64,000 nucleotides of DNA, taken from assembly GCA_963719505.1 (NCBI GenBank), contig CAVRCF010000005.1, forward strand, positions 544,001-608,000, in the 5' to 3' direction. Source of the DNA: Halobacteriovoraceae bacterium. Lineage in GTDB: Bacteria; Bdellovibrionota; Bacteriovoracia; Bacteriovoracales; Bacteriovoracaceae. This document shows, one piece after another, positions 20,104 to 28,783 of this stretch. The first letter of the stretch is position 1. Each line of letters opens with the position of its first letter. The position numbers were made by a program, and so were the translations under genes. The notes beneath the pieces are model-generated. The model saw nothing but the letters and a program-made list of their open reading frames with translations, made no database searches and was not told the origin of the DNA.

Positions 20104-21769
20104 ACCTACTTAAGCCTCTTTCATCAAAAATTAATTTCTCTTTATAGACCATACCGTCGGTTTCTTTATTCGATATATGAATAATAAGGATATCAAGCTT
20201 TTGAAGCTCTTTAATCATGGCGGACATTCTTTTGTCTTCAACTTGATCAAAAACTTCCGTCAAAACGAGGACTTTTGGTTTATTAACCAAAGCCCGAGCT
20301 ATTTCAAATCGAAGAAGTTGCGAGGACCAAAACGGAAAACCAGAAGGCAAAACGTTTGTATCGAGACCATCACCAAAGGAATTAAAACTATCCCCCAGAA
20401 AACCTTTATGCAAAGCTTCCCTGAGTTCAGTATCACTAACTCCATCCATCCCCCAAGAAAGATTATCTCGAATTGTCCCCTCGAAAGTTGTGGACTTCGC
20501 TATAACTTGAATTTCTGAGCGAAAGGAGTTTTGAGTAATAGTACCGTAGGTCACTCCACCAAAAGTTATAACTCCGCTATCTGGTGAATCAATTTGCTGA
20601 ATAAGATTTAAAAAGAGTTGCTTTGAAGAGTAAACTCTCGACTCTACAAGATAAGCATTTTTGGCTTTAAAATCGTAATCATAGCAAAAGTTATGTTTAC
20701 CTCCTGCAATCCTAACCTTCTTTAAGGAGAGATCCCCGCCTGAAAATGAGTTTGAACTATTGTCTTTTACTTCTAATTCAGGAACCAGTTTATGAAACTG
20801 TGAGATTTTTTCTACAGCTGCGTAAAGGTCATAAAACGACTCCAAATATTTAGCAGAATTTGAAAGGCTTGAGAGAATAACAGTTATAATAAGTTCTGCT
20901 GCAACTAATTGCCCTAAAGAAAGCTCTCCGTTTATCACTAAAAAGCCACCTAGACCTAAAACAAAGGCACTCATAACGGCATAGATAGAGAGAAGAAATA
21001 TCTTCTGAGAGAAAAGTTCCCTAAAATGGATCTTTCTTTGGTCGAGATAATTTAGAATGAGCTTATCTGACTTTTTAATCGCTTCTCTTTTTTTGGCTTC
21101 TGACTTGAAAAAATAGTTAGCTCTCGCTAACTCCTCTAACCAACCAGCAACACTATACTTTGCCTTCGACTCGTAAATGGCACTCTTGAGTGCTGCTTTA
21201 CCATATATCTTCCAAACAAGAATGATCATAGCAATAAGCAAAACGTCAAAGATCAAAAAATACGGATGATAAAAAGCTAAAATGAGAAGGCCCACGACTG
21301 TTTTTAAAACCAAGGACAGTCCATCCGTGAGAAGCTTTGTGACATTTTTTTGAACGGTCATTACGTCAAAGTATCTATTCATTAGCTCTACAGCGTTTTG
21401 CTCATTCACTTGGTCGTGATTGGCGTTGAGAATTTTAACAGTAATTTCACTACTTGTTCTGGCATAAAAACGCCTTTGAAAACACTCAATAATATAGGTT
21501 TGATAAGCTTTCAAAGTACCTGAAAAGATAAGAAGGAATAGGAGCAGCACCGAAAGAACAACTAATGGTTGAACCAAAACATTTGAAGAGACTGTATTAA
21601 CGAGGGCTTGAACAGAAATAGGGATTGCGAGTGTCAAGACACTTACACCCAATCCGTAAACAATTGAGACCGTATAAAAAGCGGTCTCATCACCAAGAAT
21701 AAATCTTAGATTTTGTTTTACTTCAGTATAGCTTATTGTATCTATTTTTTTTTTAAATAAGCCTACCAA
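20090..21769 (-). CDS. T1SS-type ABC transporter (TMD plus NBD) with degenerate ATPase motifs
   Basis: 6-TM exporter domain (ELMNRYFD, GELSLGQLVAAELI); NBD remnants FEGTIRDNL and IARALVNKPKVLVL, but no canonical Walker A, LSGGQ or DE. Confidence 0.85.
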   Translation of the reverse strand: MVGLFKKKIDTISYTEVKQNLRFILGDETAFYTVSIVYGLGVSVLTLAIPISVQALVNTVSSNVLVQPLVVLSVLLLFLLIFSGTLKAYQTYIIECFQRRFYARTSSEITVKILNANHDQVNEQNAVELMNRYFDVMTVQKNVTKLLTDGLSLVLKTVVGLLILAFYHPYFLIFDVLLIAMIILVWKIYGKAALKSAIYESKAKYSVAGWLEELARANYFFKSEAKKREAIKKSDKLILNYLDQRKIHFRELFSQKIFLLSIYAVMSAFVLGLGGFLVINGELSLGQLVAAELIITVILSSLSNSAKYLESFYDLYAAVEKISQFHKLVPELEVKDNSSNSFSGGDLSLKKVRIAGGKHNFCYDYDFKAKNAYLVESRVYSSKQLFLNLIQQIDSPDSGVITFGGVTYGTITQNSFRSEIQVIAKSTTFEGTIRDNLSWGMDGVSDTELREALHKGFLGDSFNSFGDGLDTNVLPSGFPFWSSQLLRFEIARALVNKPKVLVLTEVFDQVEDKRMSAMIKELQKLDILIIHISNKETDGMVYKEKLIFDERGLSRYEDE

Positions 21770-21984
21770 TTAGTTGCACCTTTATCGTGAAGAGTTTGAA
21801 ACCTCTTCAATCGTTCATATTCAATTTCTTGTTTCTCTCTTTTTATTTTATCGGAATAAGACTCAGTTTGTCTTTGTTTAATTAATTTTTTTTTTGGCTT
21901 TGACTCCAAAAAAGTCGAGCAAGATAATGAAATCAATAGAAAGAAAAGAATAAAACTGCACCTAGCGATCATTGGTTTAAACAT
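21763..21984 (-). CDS. Small basic lipoprotein
   Basis: GGAGG RBS before the ATG at 21984; lipobox SLSC; Lys-rich; overlaps the ABC start. Confidence 0.7.
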   Translation of the reverse strand: MFKPMIARCSFILFFLLISLSCSTFLESKPKKKLIKQRQTESYSDKIKREKQEIEYERLKRFQTLHDKGATNW

Positions 21985-22000
21985 AACCACCTCCAGACAT

Positions 22001-22066
22001 ATATTAGCATTTACTATTGTTAACTGTTACTATATAATACTAACAACATAGTTAAGGAAAACTTAA
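22001..22066 (-). promoter_or_regulatory. LysR box plus extended -10 promoter of the secretion operon (divergent from the LysR gene)
   Basis: TTAA-N7-TTAA at 22052-22066 abutting the LysR ATG; TG-C-TAATAT at 22009-22001. Confidence 0.65.
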
Positions 22067-22067
22067 G

Positions 22068-22961
22068 ATGTATTGGCTCAACTACCAACAATTGCTTTAT
22101 TTTCGAGAGATTGCCCATGTTGGAAGTATCTCTGTAGCGGCTAAGAACTTAAATATAAGCTCCCCAGCGCTCAGCATGCAGCTGAAATCTCTTGAGGAAT
22201 CAATTGGCCATCAGCTCTTTGAAAGAAGATCTAAGAGATTGTTTATCAATGACTATGGAAAATTTGTTCTGTCCTATGCTGACAGAATATTTACCATCGG
22301 TGGAGAGCTCATTTCATCTATAAACAAGGCTTCTTTAGTGGGCACAAGTCACTTCAAGCTTGGCTTCAACGATGCTTTACCCAAAACGTTAACGACCAAA
22401 GTGACAAAACTTTTAATAAATGAATTTCCACAAATAAGTCTCTCTGTCATTGAAGGAAATATTCCCTCTCTCCAAAAAAGCCTTAACCAATCCGATTGCG
22501 ATATTATTTTTACTAACAGATCTCCAAACCTAGAAAAAGGAGACATAAAATCTATTCGATTTCATCAAAGTGACCTCTATGTTTATGGCGTTGAAAAGTA
22601 CAAATCAATTTCAAAGAACTTTCCAAAGTCCCTCGAAGGCTCACCTTTTATTCTGCCAAGCGTACCTTCTGAGATGAGAAGAAAGATAGATTTATGGTTT
22701 ATAAAAAATAATATTCACTACCGACAAGTCATTGAAGCACAGGACTCAAGCGCTAAGAAATCAATGGCCCTTGAAGGTTTAGGGATGGTTATTATTCCAA
22801 GTTACGGAGCAGAAGAACTAGTTCGAGAAAAGAAACTCTACAAGATAGGTAAACTCGATAATGTTCAAGAAGACTTTTATTTTTCAACGAGAAAAGAGCA
22901 TACAATCAACAAAGAAATTATAGAATTTCTCGATAAACGGCTGCGCGAATCAGCGCTATAA
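22068..22961 (+). CDS. LysR-family regulator, NhaR-like
   Basis: WLNYQQLLYF...GSISVAAKNL HTH; NFPKSLEGSPFILP; paralogue of 15557-16444. Confidence 0.9.
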   Translation: MYWLNYQQLLYFREIAHVGSISVAAKNLNISSPALSMQLKSLEESIGHQLFERRSKRLFINDYGKFVLSYADRIFTIGGELISSINKASLVGTSHFKLGFNDALPKTLTTKVTKLLINEFPQISLSVIEGNIPSLQKSLNQSDCDIIFTNRSPNLEKGDIKSIRFHQSDLYVYGVEKYKSISKNFPKSLEGSPFILPSVPSEMRRKIDLWFIKNNIHYRQVIEAQDSSAKKSMALEGLGMVIIPSYGAEELVREKKLYKIGKLDNVQEDFYFSTRKEHTINKEIIEFLDKRLRESAL

Positions 22962-24206
22962 GTTGATAGCAGCTTGCATAAGAATTCCACAAAACCAAGC
23001 TCCGTAAGTCCCTACAACATAGCCAAGCACGGCCAAAAGAACCCCAACCGGTGCCAGTGAAGAGTGAAAGAAGCCTGCCACTACAGGAGCCGAAGCCGCT
23101 CCGCCAATATTGGCCTGGCTTCCAACAGCAATAAAGAAAAGTGGTGCCTTTACTAACTTGCCTATGAACATGATGAAAACGGCATGAATACTAATCCAGA
23201 CAAGACCCACAAGAAAAATCCCGGGGTTGTTAAAAATTGCGAAGATGTCCATATGCATACCAATTGATGCAATCAAAATATAAAGAAAAATATTTCCTAT
23301 TTTACTCGCTCCGTAATTTTCGAATTTTTTTACCTTGGTAAACGAGAGAGTGACCCCGATGGTAGTAGACAGAACAATGAGCCAAAAGAACTTACTTGTT
23401 AACGAAAACTTTGAAAGCCCAGGAGCATGTTCAGCTATAAAAGGTCCTAAAAAGTCAGCTCCAACATGTGACAGTCCTGTCGCAACAAAACCTATGGCCA
23501 AGATATACATCAAATGATTGAAGCTTGGGTTCTTTCCCCCATCGATAGAGAGTTTTTCTACTTTTGCGATAATAGTGTCGACACTTTTATTATCGGCCCC
23601 TATCCACGCATTAACTTTTTCTTTTTTTGAAGCTAAAAATAGTAAAACGGCGAGCCAAACATTAGCCACTAATATATCGACAACAACCATCATAGAAAAA
23701 ATCTTATCATTGACTGAAAAGACTTCTTTCATAGAGGCTTGGTTGGCCCCTCCACCAATCCAAGAACCAGCGACTGTCGTCATCCCTCTCCAAACTTCGT
23801 CTAGATTTAAACCATCGAATACATTTGGCATAAGAAACTTAACGAAAAGAAGGGCCAGTGGTCCACCTATGATAACCCCAAAGGTTCCTGCAAAAAAGAC
23901 CGCTAACATCTTGGGTCCAAGTTTTAGAATTTCTTTTAGGTCCACACTCATCGTCAAAAGAACGAGAGTGGTTGGCAAAAGGTAGCGTGAAGAGACGAAA
24001 TAGAGTTTTGATGATTCCCCATCAATAATATGAAAGCTATTTAAAAGTCCTGGAATAAAGTAGCAAAGAAGAAGGCTTGGTACAAAAGTGTAAAACTTTT
24101 TAAAGAATCCGGTCTCTTTACTCGAAGTATAAAAAACCAGTCCAAGACAAAGGAATAAGAGTGCTAAAACAACAGCGTCGTTTGTAAATAAAATTTGTTC
24201 TTTCAT
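22956..24206 (-). CDS. DUF819-family membrane protein
   Basis: About 11 TM; GSWIGGGANQ and GSQANIGGAASAPVVA motifs. Confidence 0.85.
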   Translation of the reverse strand: MKEQILFTNDAVVLALLFLCLGLVFYTSSKETGFFKKFYTFVPSLLLCYFIPGLLNSFHIIDGESSKLYFVSSRYLLPTTLVLLTMSVDLKEILKLGPKMLAVFFAGTFGVIIGGPLALLFVKFLMPNVFDGLNLDEVWRGMTTVAGSWIGGGANQASMKEVFSVNDKIFSMMVVVDILVANVWLAVLLFLASKKEKVNAWIGADNKSVDTIIAKVEKLSIDGGKNPSFNHLMYILAIGFVATGLSHVGADFLGPFIAEHAPGLSKFSLTSKFFWLIVLSTTIGVTLSFTKVKKFENYGASKIGNIFLYILIASIGMHMDIFAIFNNPGIFLVGLVWISIHAVFIMFIGKLVKAPLFFIAVGSQANIGGAASAPVVAGFFHSSLAPVGVLLAVLGYVVGTYGAWFCGILMQAAINL

Positions 24207-24244
24207 AGACTTAGTATAGAAATAAAAAACCTAAATTGAAATAA

Positions 24245-24631
24245 CTAATCAGAATTTAAATTGAGCTCGTTTACATAGTATTTTATTCTTTTAGAGTCAT
24301 CTTTAAGACGCTTTATCTGTTCAACAATAGTATCGGCCATCATTTTTGGCGAGTCATCGATGGAGACTTGAAAGTCCCAGTTTTTCTGATGGTGAAAGAT
24401 ATAGTCCTCTTCCTCTGGTTCATCCTCAAAATCACACTCATCTAGATCCATTTCACTAAATTCGTTCAAAAGATCAGCTAAAGGATCATCAAGAGGAAAA
24501 TTCTTGGAAGCCGGATGGGCCACATCATGGGGAATCTCTTCTTTGGAGCTAGGTTCATCAGTTCTTCTTCTGTCTTTAAAAGACAGTGGAATGACATTGT
24601 TTCTACGGTCCACTTCTGTTGCATTTTTCAT
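24245..24631 (-). CDS. Acidic hypothetical protein with N-terminal DRR repeats
   Basis: 128-aa ORF, AGGAG upstream, sigma54-type promoter. Confidence 0.7.
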   Translation of the reverse strand: MKNATEVDRRNNVIPLSFKDRRRTDEPSSKEEIPHDVAHPASKNFPLDDPLADLLNEFSEMDLDECDFEDEPEEEDYIFHHQKNWDFQVSIDDSPKMMADTIVEQIKRLKDDSKRIKYYVNELNLNSD

Positions 24632-24680
24632 TTTTTAAACATTCTCCTGTAAAACTAAAGAACTTATAACATCTTATTAG

Positions 24681-24698
24681 CTGCACTAACTGTGCCAA
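24681..24698 (-). promoter_or_regulatory. sigma54 (-24/-12) promoter
   Basis: Minus strand TTGGCACAGTTAGTGCAG = GG-N10-GC. Confidence 0.7.
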
Positions 24699-24733
24699 AG
24701 TTTTCGTACCGGAGTGGAAAAATCATCCAAAAA

Positions 24734-24746
24734 TATCAATAACTTA
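24734..24746 (+). promoter_or_regulatory. IHF-binding site
   Basis: TATCAATAACTTA matches WATCAANNNNTTR, just upstream of the sigma54 promoter. Confidence 0.6.
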
Positions 24747-24839
24747 GAGCTGGTATGTAATAAATTCCTGAAAAAAGGTTGATCAGTTCCAAAAGTTAAT
24801 GATCACTTTTTTAACATCCTAATTTTATTAGTTTTTTCT

Positions 24840-24867
24840 TAAAGAAGATTAGAGTTATCTCCGATAA
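24840..24867 (+). promoter_or_regulatory. Putative sigma28 (FliA)-type promoter
   Basis: TAAAGAAG-N12-TCCGATAA. Confidence 0.6.
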
Positions 24868-24890
24868 GCCCATGGGAAGGCAAAGAAACT

Positions 24891-26231
24891 ATGTTTTATA
24901 ACTATAATCCAAGTGACAAAGAAAATCGATTCACCATGGTGTGGCTTGGATTTCTTTTTCTAACAATTATGTATACAGCTTTTGAAGCTCCAGTAAGCTT
25001 CGTCCTAGACTATGACGTGGAAGAGCATAATATGTGGTGGGATGCCTTATTCTCTTTGGTCTTTTTTACAGATATTCTTTTAAGGCTCACCGGGAAACTC
25101 AAGCTTCCAAATGACTTGAACGGAATGAGTGATAAAGACATCGCAACAACTCCTTATATTAAATCTGTCTGGCTCCCTATTGATATTATAACGTCAATGC
25201 CTTTTGATATCATTGCCGCAACCTTAGGATTATCTGTACCAATGAAAGTTCTCTCTCTTTTAAGGCTTGCTAGAGTCGTGAGAATAGTAAAGCTGAGAAC
25301 CTTAATAGACATCTTTGATTTTCTCCCAAAGTGGGCCAAGGCTTCACTTGTTGTTGGTACAATTATGACTATTATCCACTGGATTGCTTGTGGATGGATG
25401 ATCGTTAACCCACAAACTCAACTGGATCCAATAACTTTTTACAATCACTCGCTCTACTGGACAATCACAACCCTAACGACAGTCGGCTATGGTGATATCA
25501 CTCCGACCACGAATATTGGACGGGTTTACACGATGGCTATTATGCTCGTTGGTGCAGCAACTTACGGTATTATTATCGCTAATTTCTCAAGGCTGATTAT
25601 GCTTGCGGATAAATATAAAGAAGAGAAAAAAGAGAAGATGAACGGGATGATGCAGTTTATGAAGTACTACAATATTCCTATGAGTCTTCAAAAACAAGTT
25701 TTCTCATTTTATAATCACCTTCTTACAAAGAGCATTTCTGATCAAGATACAACGATTATTAAAGATTTACCTCAGGCTTTGCAAAACGAGTTAAACATCT
25801 ATCAAAAAATTAAATTTATTAGAAGCGTTCATATCTTTAAAGATGCCTCCACTCCATGTTTAAAAATGATTGCAGAAAAACTTGAGCAAACCTTTCACTC
25901 TCCCAATGAGTTCATTATTAGGAAGGGTGATGTCGGTGAGGAAATGTTTATTATTGGCCATGGAGAATTAGAAGTCTCCTCTGGTGAGAAAGTTCTCAAT
26001 GAAATAAAAGCCGGACAATTTTTTGGTGAAATTGCCCTTCTCCAAGACACTGTTCGTGGAGCTGATGTCAAAACCAACTCCTACTGTGATCTTTATACTT
26101 TTAAAAAAGAAGACTTTTTAGAAGTCATTATTAAATATCCAACCTTAAAAACTAAATTTGAGCAAAGATACAAGAAAAGAAAAGCTGACCAGTCGACTCC
26201 AGAAAAAAATGAGACTCCGAAAGCTGCCTAG
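24891..26231 (+). CDS. Cyclic nucleotide-gated K+ channel (6TM plus CNBD)
   Basis: S4 LRLARVVRIVK, TVGYGD filter, C-linker, CNBD GQFFGEIALL...RGADV. Confidence 0.92.
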   Translation: MFYNYNPSDKENRFTMVWLGFLFLTIMYTAFEAPVSFVLDYDVEEHNMWWDALFSLVFFTDILLRLTGKLKLPNDLNGMSDKDIATTPYIKSVWLPIDIITSMPFDIIAATLGLSVPMKVLSLLRLARVVRIVKLRTLIDIFDFLPKWAKASLVVGTIMTIIHWIACGWMIVNPQTQLDPITFYNHSLYWTITTLTTVGYGDITPTTNIGRVYTMAIMLVGAATYGIIIANFSRLIMLADKYKEEKKEKMNGMMQFMKYYNIPMSLQKQVFSFYNHLLTKSISDQDTTIIKDLPQALQNELNIYQKIKFIRSVHIFKDASTPCLKMIAEKLEQTFHSPNEFIIRKGDVGEEMFIIGHGELEVSSGEKVLNEIKAGQFFGEIALLQDTVRGADVKTNSYCDLYTFKKEDFLEVIIKYPTLKTKFEQRYKKRKADQSTPEKNETPKAA

Positions 26232-26277
26232 TTTAGAATATTTTTGATTTCCGCACAAGATCCCTTAAAATAGTCTC

Positions 26278-26490
26278 ATGAAACCAAATTGCATAAAATG
26301 CAAACACTACTTTATCACTTTTGATCAGTATGCGCCCAAAGGATGCAGAGTCTACAATATTAAAAGTCAAAAGCTACCATCAGTCATTGTCAAAGATGCC
26401 AATCAAGGGCGCGAATGCCTGGGCTTTGAACCTAAAGCGTCCAACGAAAAGAAAGAAAAAAATTTAAATGATGACAAGTATTGGAAGTAA
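26278..26490 (+). CDS. Small Cys-rich putative metal-binding protein
   Basis: CIKCKHYFIT...GC...C pattern in 70 aa. Confidence 0.7.
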   Translation: MKPNCIKCKHYFITFDQYAPKGCRVYNIKSQKLPSVIVKDANQGRECLGFEPKASNEKKEKNLNDDKYWK

Positions 26491-26491
26491 G

Positions 26492-27646
26492 TTACTGCAG
26501 TTTTTTAAATAAGCTGGGACCAATTTTAGATATCATTGCGCCCCCAAGACAGACGTCGCCATCATAGAAAACGATTGATTGCCTAAGGGCTGCCGCTCTT
26601 TGAGGTGACTCAAATTCAACTCTAAGCCCTTGGGCTGTTTCAGTCACTAGGCAGGGCTGATCTTGTTGTCTATAGCGAATTTTGGCCATGCAATGCAAAG
26701 GAAAAACTGGTTTATCGTGCACCCAACTCAACTCATCGCAATCTAAGAACTCACAAAAAAGAGCGGGGTGCTTCTCCCCTTCCACGACGTAAACCGTATT
26801 TGTGCTCTTATCTTTATCGGCCACGAACCAAGGACCACCTGGACCGCCAAGACCCAAGCCTTTTCTTTGACCATTTGTATAAAAACAATATCCATCGTGA
26901 GGACCCATAACTTTTCCATCGTCGAGACGAACAAAGTTTCCTTTTTGTTCGGTCAAATAAGTTGAAAGGAAATTTTTAAAATTTCTCTCCCCGATGAAGC
27001 AAATTCCAGTTGAGTCTTTTTTAGTCGCTGTGGCCAAGTTAAAATCACTGGCCATTTTTCTGACTATTTTTTTCTCTAAGCCCCCTATGGGAAACAAAAC
27101 ATTCTGAAGAACTTCAGCTTGCATTGTATAGAGAAAATAGGTTTGATCCTTACCTTGATCTTTTCCTTTAATAAGTCTTCCATCTCTTTTTTGGCAATAA
27201 TGACCAGTTGCCAAAAAGTCAGCTCCAAGTTCCCGGGCCTTTTGAAAAAAGACTTTGAATTTGATTTCTCTATTACAAAGAATATCTGGATTTGGCGTAA
27301 AGCCGGCTTCATATTCATCCAGAAAGTGTTGGAAGACATTGTCTCTATATTCTTTAACAAAGTTTATGGAGAAGTAAGGAATTTCTAATTGCTCGGCCAC
27401 TGCCACAACATCTTCATACTCTTTTTCAGACTGACACCGACCATTTTCATCTTCCTCTTCCCAGTTTTTCATAAAGATGCCAATAGTCTTATAGCCCATC
27501 ATTTTTATCATCAAAGCTGAAACGGATGAGTCGACTCCACCACTCATCCCAACCACCACAGTTTGATGGGTATTGGCCTCAAATTGAGCAGGTGTAATCT
27601 CAATGCCCACTGAATTTAGGTATTTTAGGTTCTCATCGATTGTCAT
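26492..27646 (-). CDS. mnmA: tRNA 2-thiouridine(34) synthase MnmA
   Basis: SGGVDS, PNPDILCN, ATGHY, KDQTYFL and DSTGICFIG motifs. Confidence 0.95.
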   Translation of the reverse strand: MTIDENLKYLNSVGIEITPAQFEANTHQTVVVGMSGGVDSSVSALMIKMMGYKTIGIFMKNWEEEDENGRCQSEKEYEDVVAVAEQLEIPYFSINFVKEYRDNVFQHFLDEYEAGFTPNPDILCNREIKFKVFFQKARELGADFLATGHYCQKRDGRLIKGKDQGKDQTYFLYTMQAEVLQNVLFPIGGLEKKIVRKMASDFNLATATKKDSTGICFIGERNFKNFLSTYLTEQKGNFVRLDDGKVMGPHDGYCFYTNGQRKGLGLGGPGGPWFVADKDKSTNTVYVVEGEKHPALFCEFLDCDELSWVHDKPVFPLHCMAKIRYRQQDQPCLVTETAQGLRVEFESPQRAAALRQSIVFYDGDVCLGGAMISKIGPSLFKKLQ

Positions 27647-27691
27647 GAGGGGTTTATAGCTTGAATATCATGATATGACAACAAGCATTAC

Positions 27692-28783
27692 TTATAAATC
27701 TAGGCCATATCCTAGAATCCCTATCCCAATATACTGGTAGGAGTTTAGAAGGCTTTGTTGATTGAGAGTCTCGGGAAAGTCATCGGAGGTTTGAAAGTTT
27801 GGATTGAAATCTTCTTCCCAATTTTGAGAGAGAGTCATATTGGCGATTTTTCCAAAGCGGACATTATCTGAGTGATCAAAGTTGTTCTGGTCTAAACTAA
27901 AACGCATACTTGTCCCTGATTTTTTCACATACTGATTAATTTTATCGTAGAGATTTTTATCGAGACCTTTGGGATCTTGGCGCTTGTCTCTGGTATAGGC
28001 CTTAAAGTTTCGAAGTCTTTTATTTTCATCGTTACTTTTGGAATCGTAGCCTAGCATTTCAAGATTGATGACACCAACTTCATTTGAATCGAGCTTTTTT
28101 GCAAAGTGATAACTTCCAAGAAAGCCCAAAGACTGCGCATCTAAAAAAACAAATCTCAGTGTATTTTTCAACTCGTAAGGAGCAATCTTTTCAATGAGTT
28201 TAAACATAACGGCAACACTTGAGGCATTAAAATCTGCTCCAGGCATTTTTGATTTTTCATCCACCTTCATCGTTTTTGCATCATGAACAACTGTATCATA
28301 ATGTGTCGTTAGAGTGAGAGTGTTTGAAGATTTACCTTTAATTGTAAGGATGAAATTTTTTGCCTCTATCTCTTTTTTACTTTTAATCAAATCCTTCATA
28401 TATTCTTTAAAGGAGAACCATTTCTTATATTCCTCTGATTTGGGTTTAAAAAGTGGTTTAATCTTTTTAGAAAAATCTTGTTCAAAGTTTTTAACGCCTT
28501 CATCAACATCAATATTATAAAGATCAACCTCTAGCGAGACATTTTTCATTTTATCAAAAAGCCTAAGTTTCTTTTCAATGAGATTTTGAACATTCTTGTG
28601 GCCTGAAGTTCCAAAGAACCGATTGGGAGTTCCAGCATAAACAATTTCTCTGACAGAATCGATAAGCTCTTTTGGCTTGGTCTTCCCCACATAGCTTTTC
28701 ACTCTATAAATACTGGTTAAATCTGTGTTGGCAAAAAGGAGGGTTGAGCTAAAACTTAAAATCAGTAAATATTTCTTCCTCAT
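27692..28783 (-). CDS. M28 peptidase-like exported protein with degenerate metal ligands
   Basis: HYD, GADFNASS, DAQSLGFLGS, NLEMLG and SDN motifs; signal peptide. Confidence 0.75.
   Translation of the reverse strand: MRKKYLLILSFSSTLLFANTDLTSIYRVKSYVGKTKPKELIDSVREIVYAGTPNRFFGTSGHKNVQNLIEKKLRLFDKMKNVSLEVDLYNIDVDEGVKNFEQDFSKKIKPLFKPKSEEYKKWFSFKEYMKDLIKSKKEIEAKNFILTIKGKSSNTLTLTTHYDTVVHDAKTMKVDEKSKMPGADFNASSVAVMFKLIEKIAPYELKNTLRFVFLDAQSLGFLGSYHFAKKLDSNEVGVINLEMLGYDSKSNDENKRLRNFKAYTRDKRQDPKGLDKNLYDKINQYVKKSGTSMRFSLDQNNFDHSDNVRFGKIANMTLSQNWEEDFNPNFQTSDDFPETLNQQSLLNSYQYIGIGILGYGLDL

Noticed and set aside
26278-26490. Uracil-DNA glycosylase label often attached to similar small Cys-rich proteins
   Set aside because: 70 aa is too short and no UDG catalytic motifs are present
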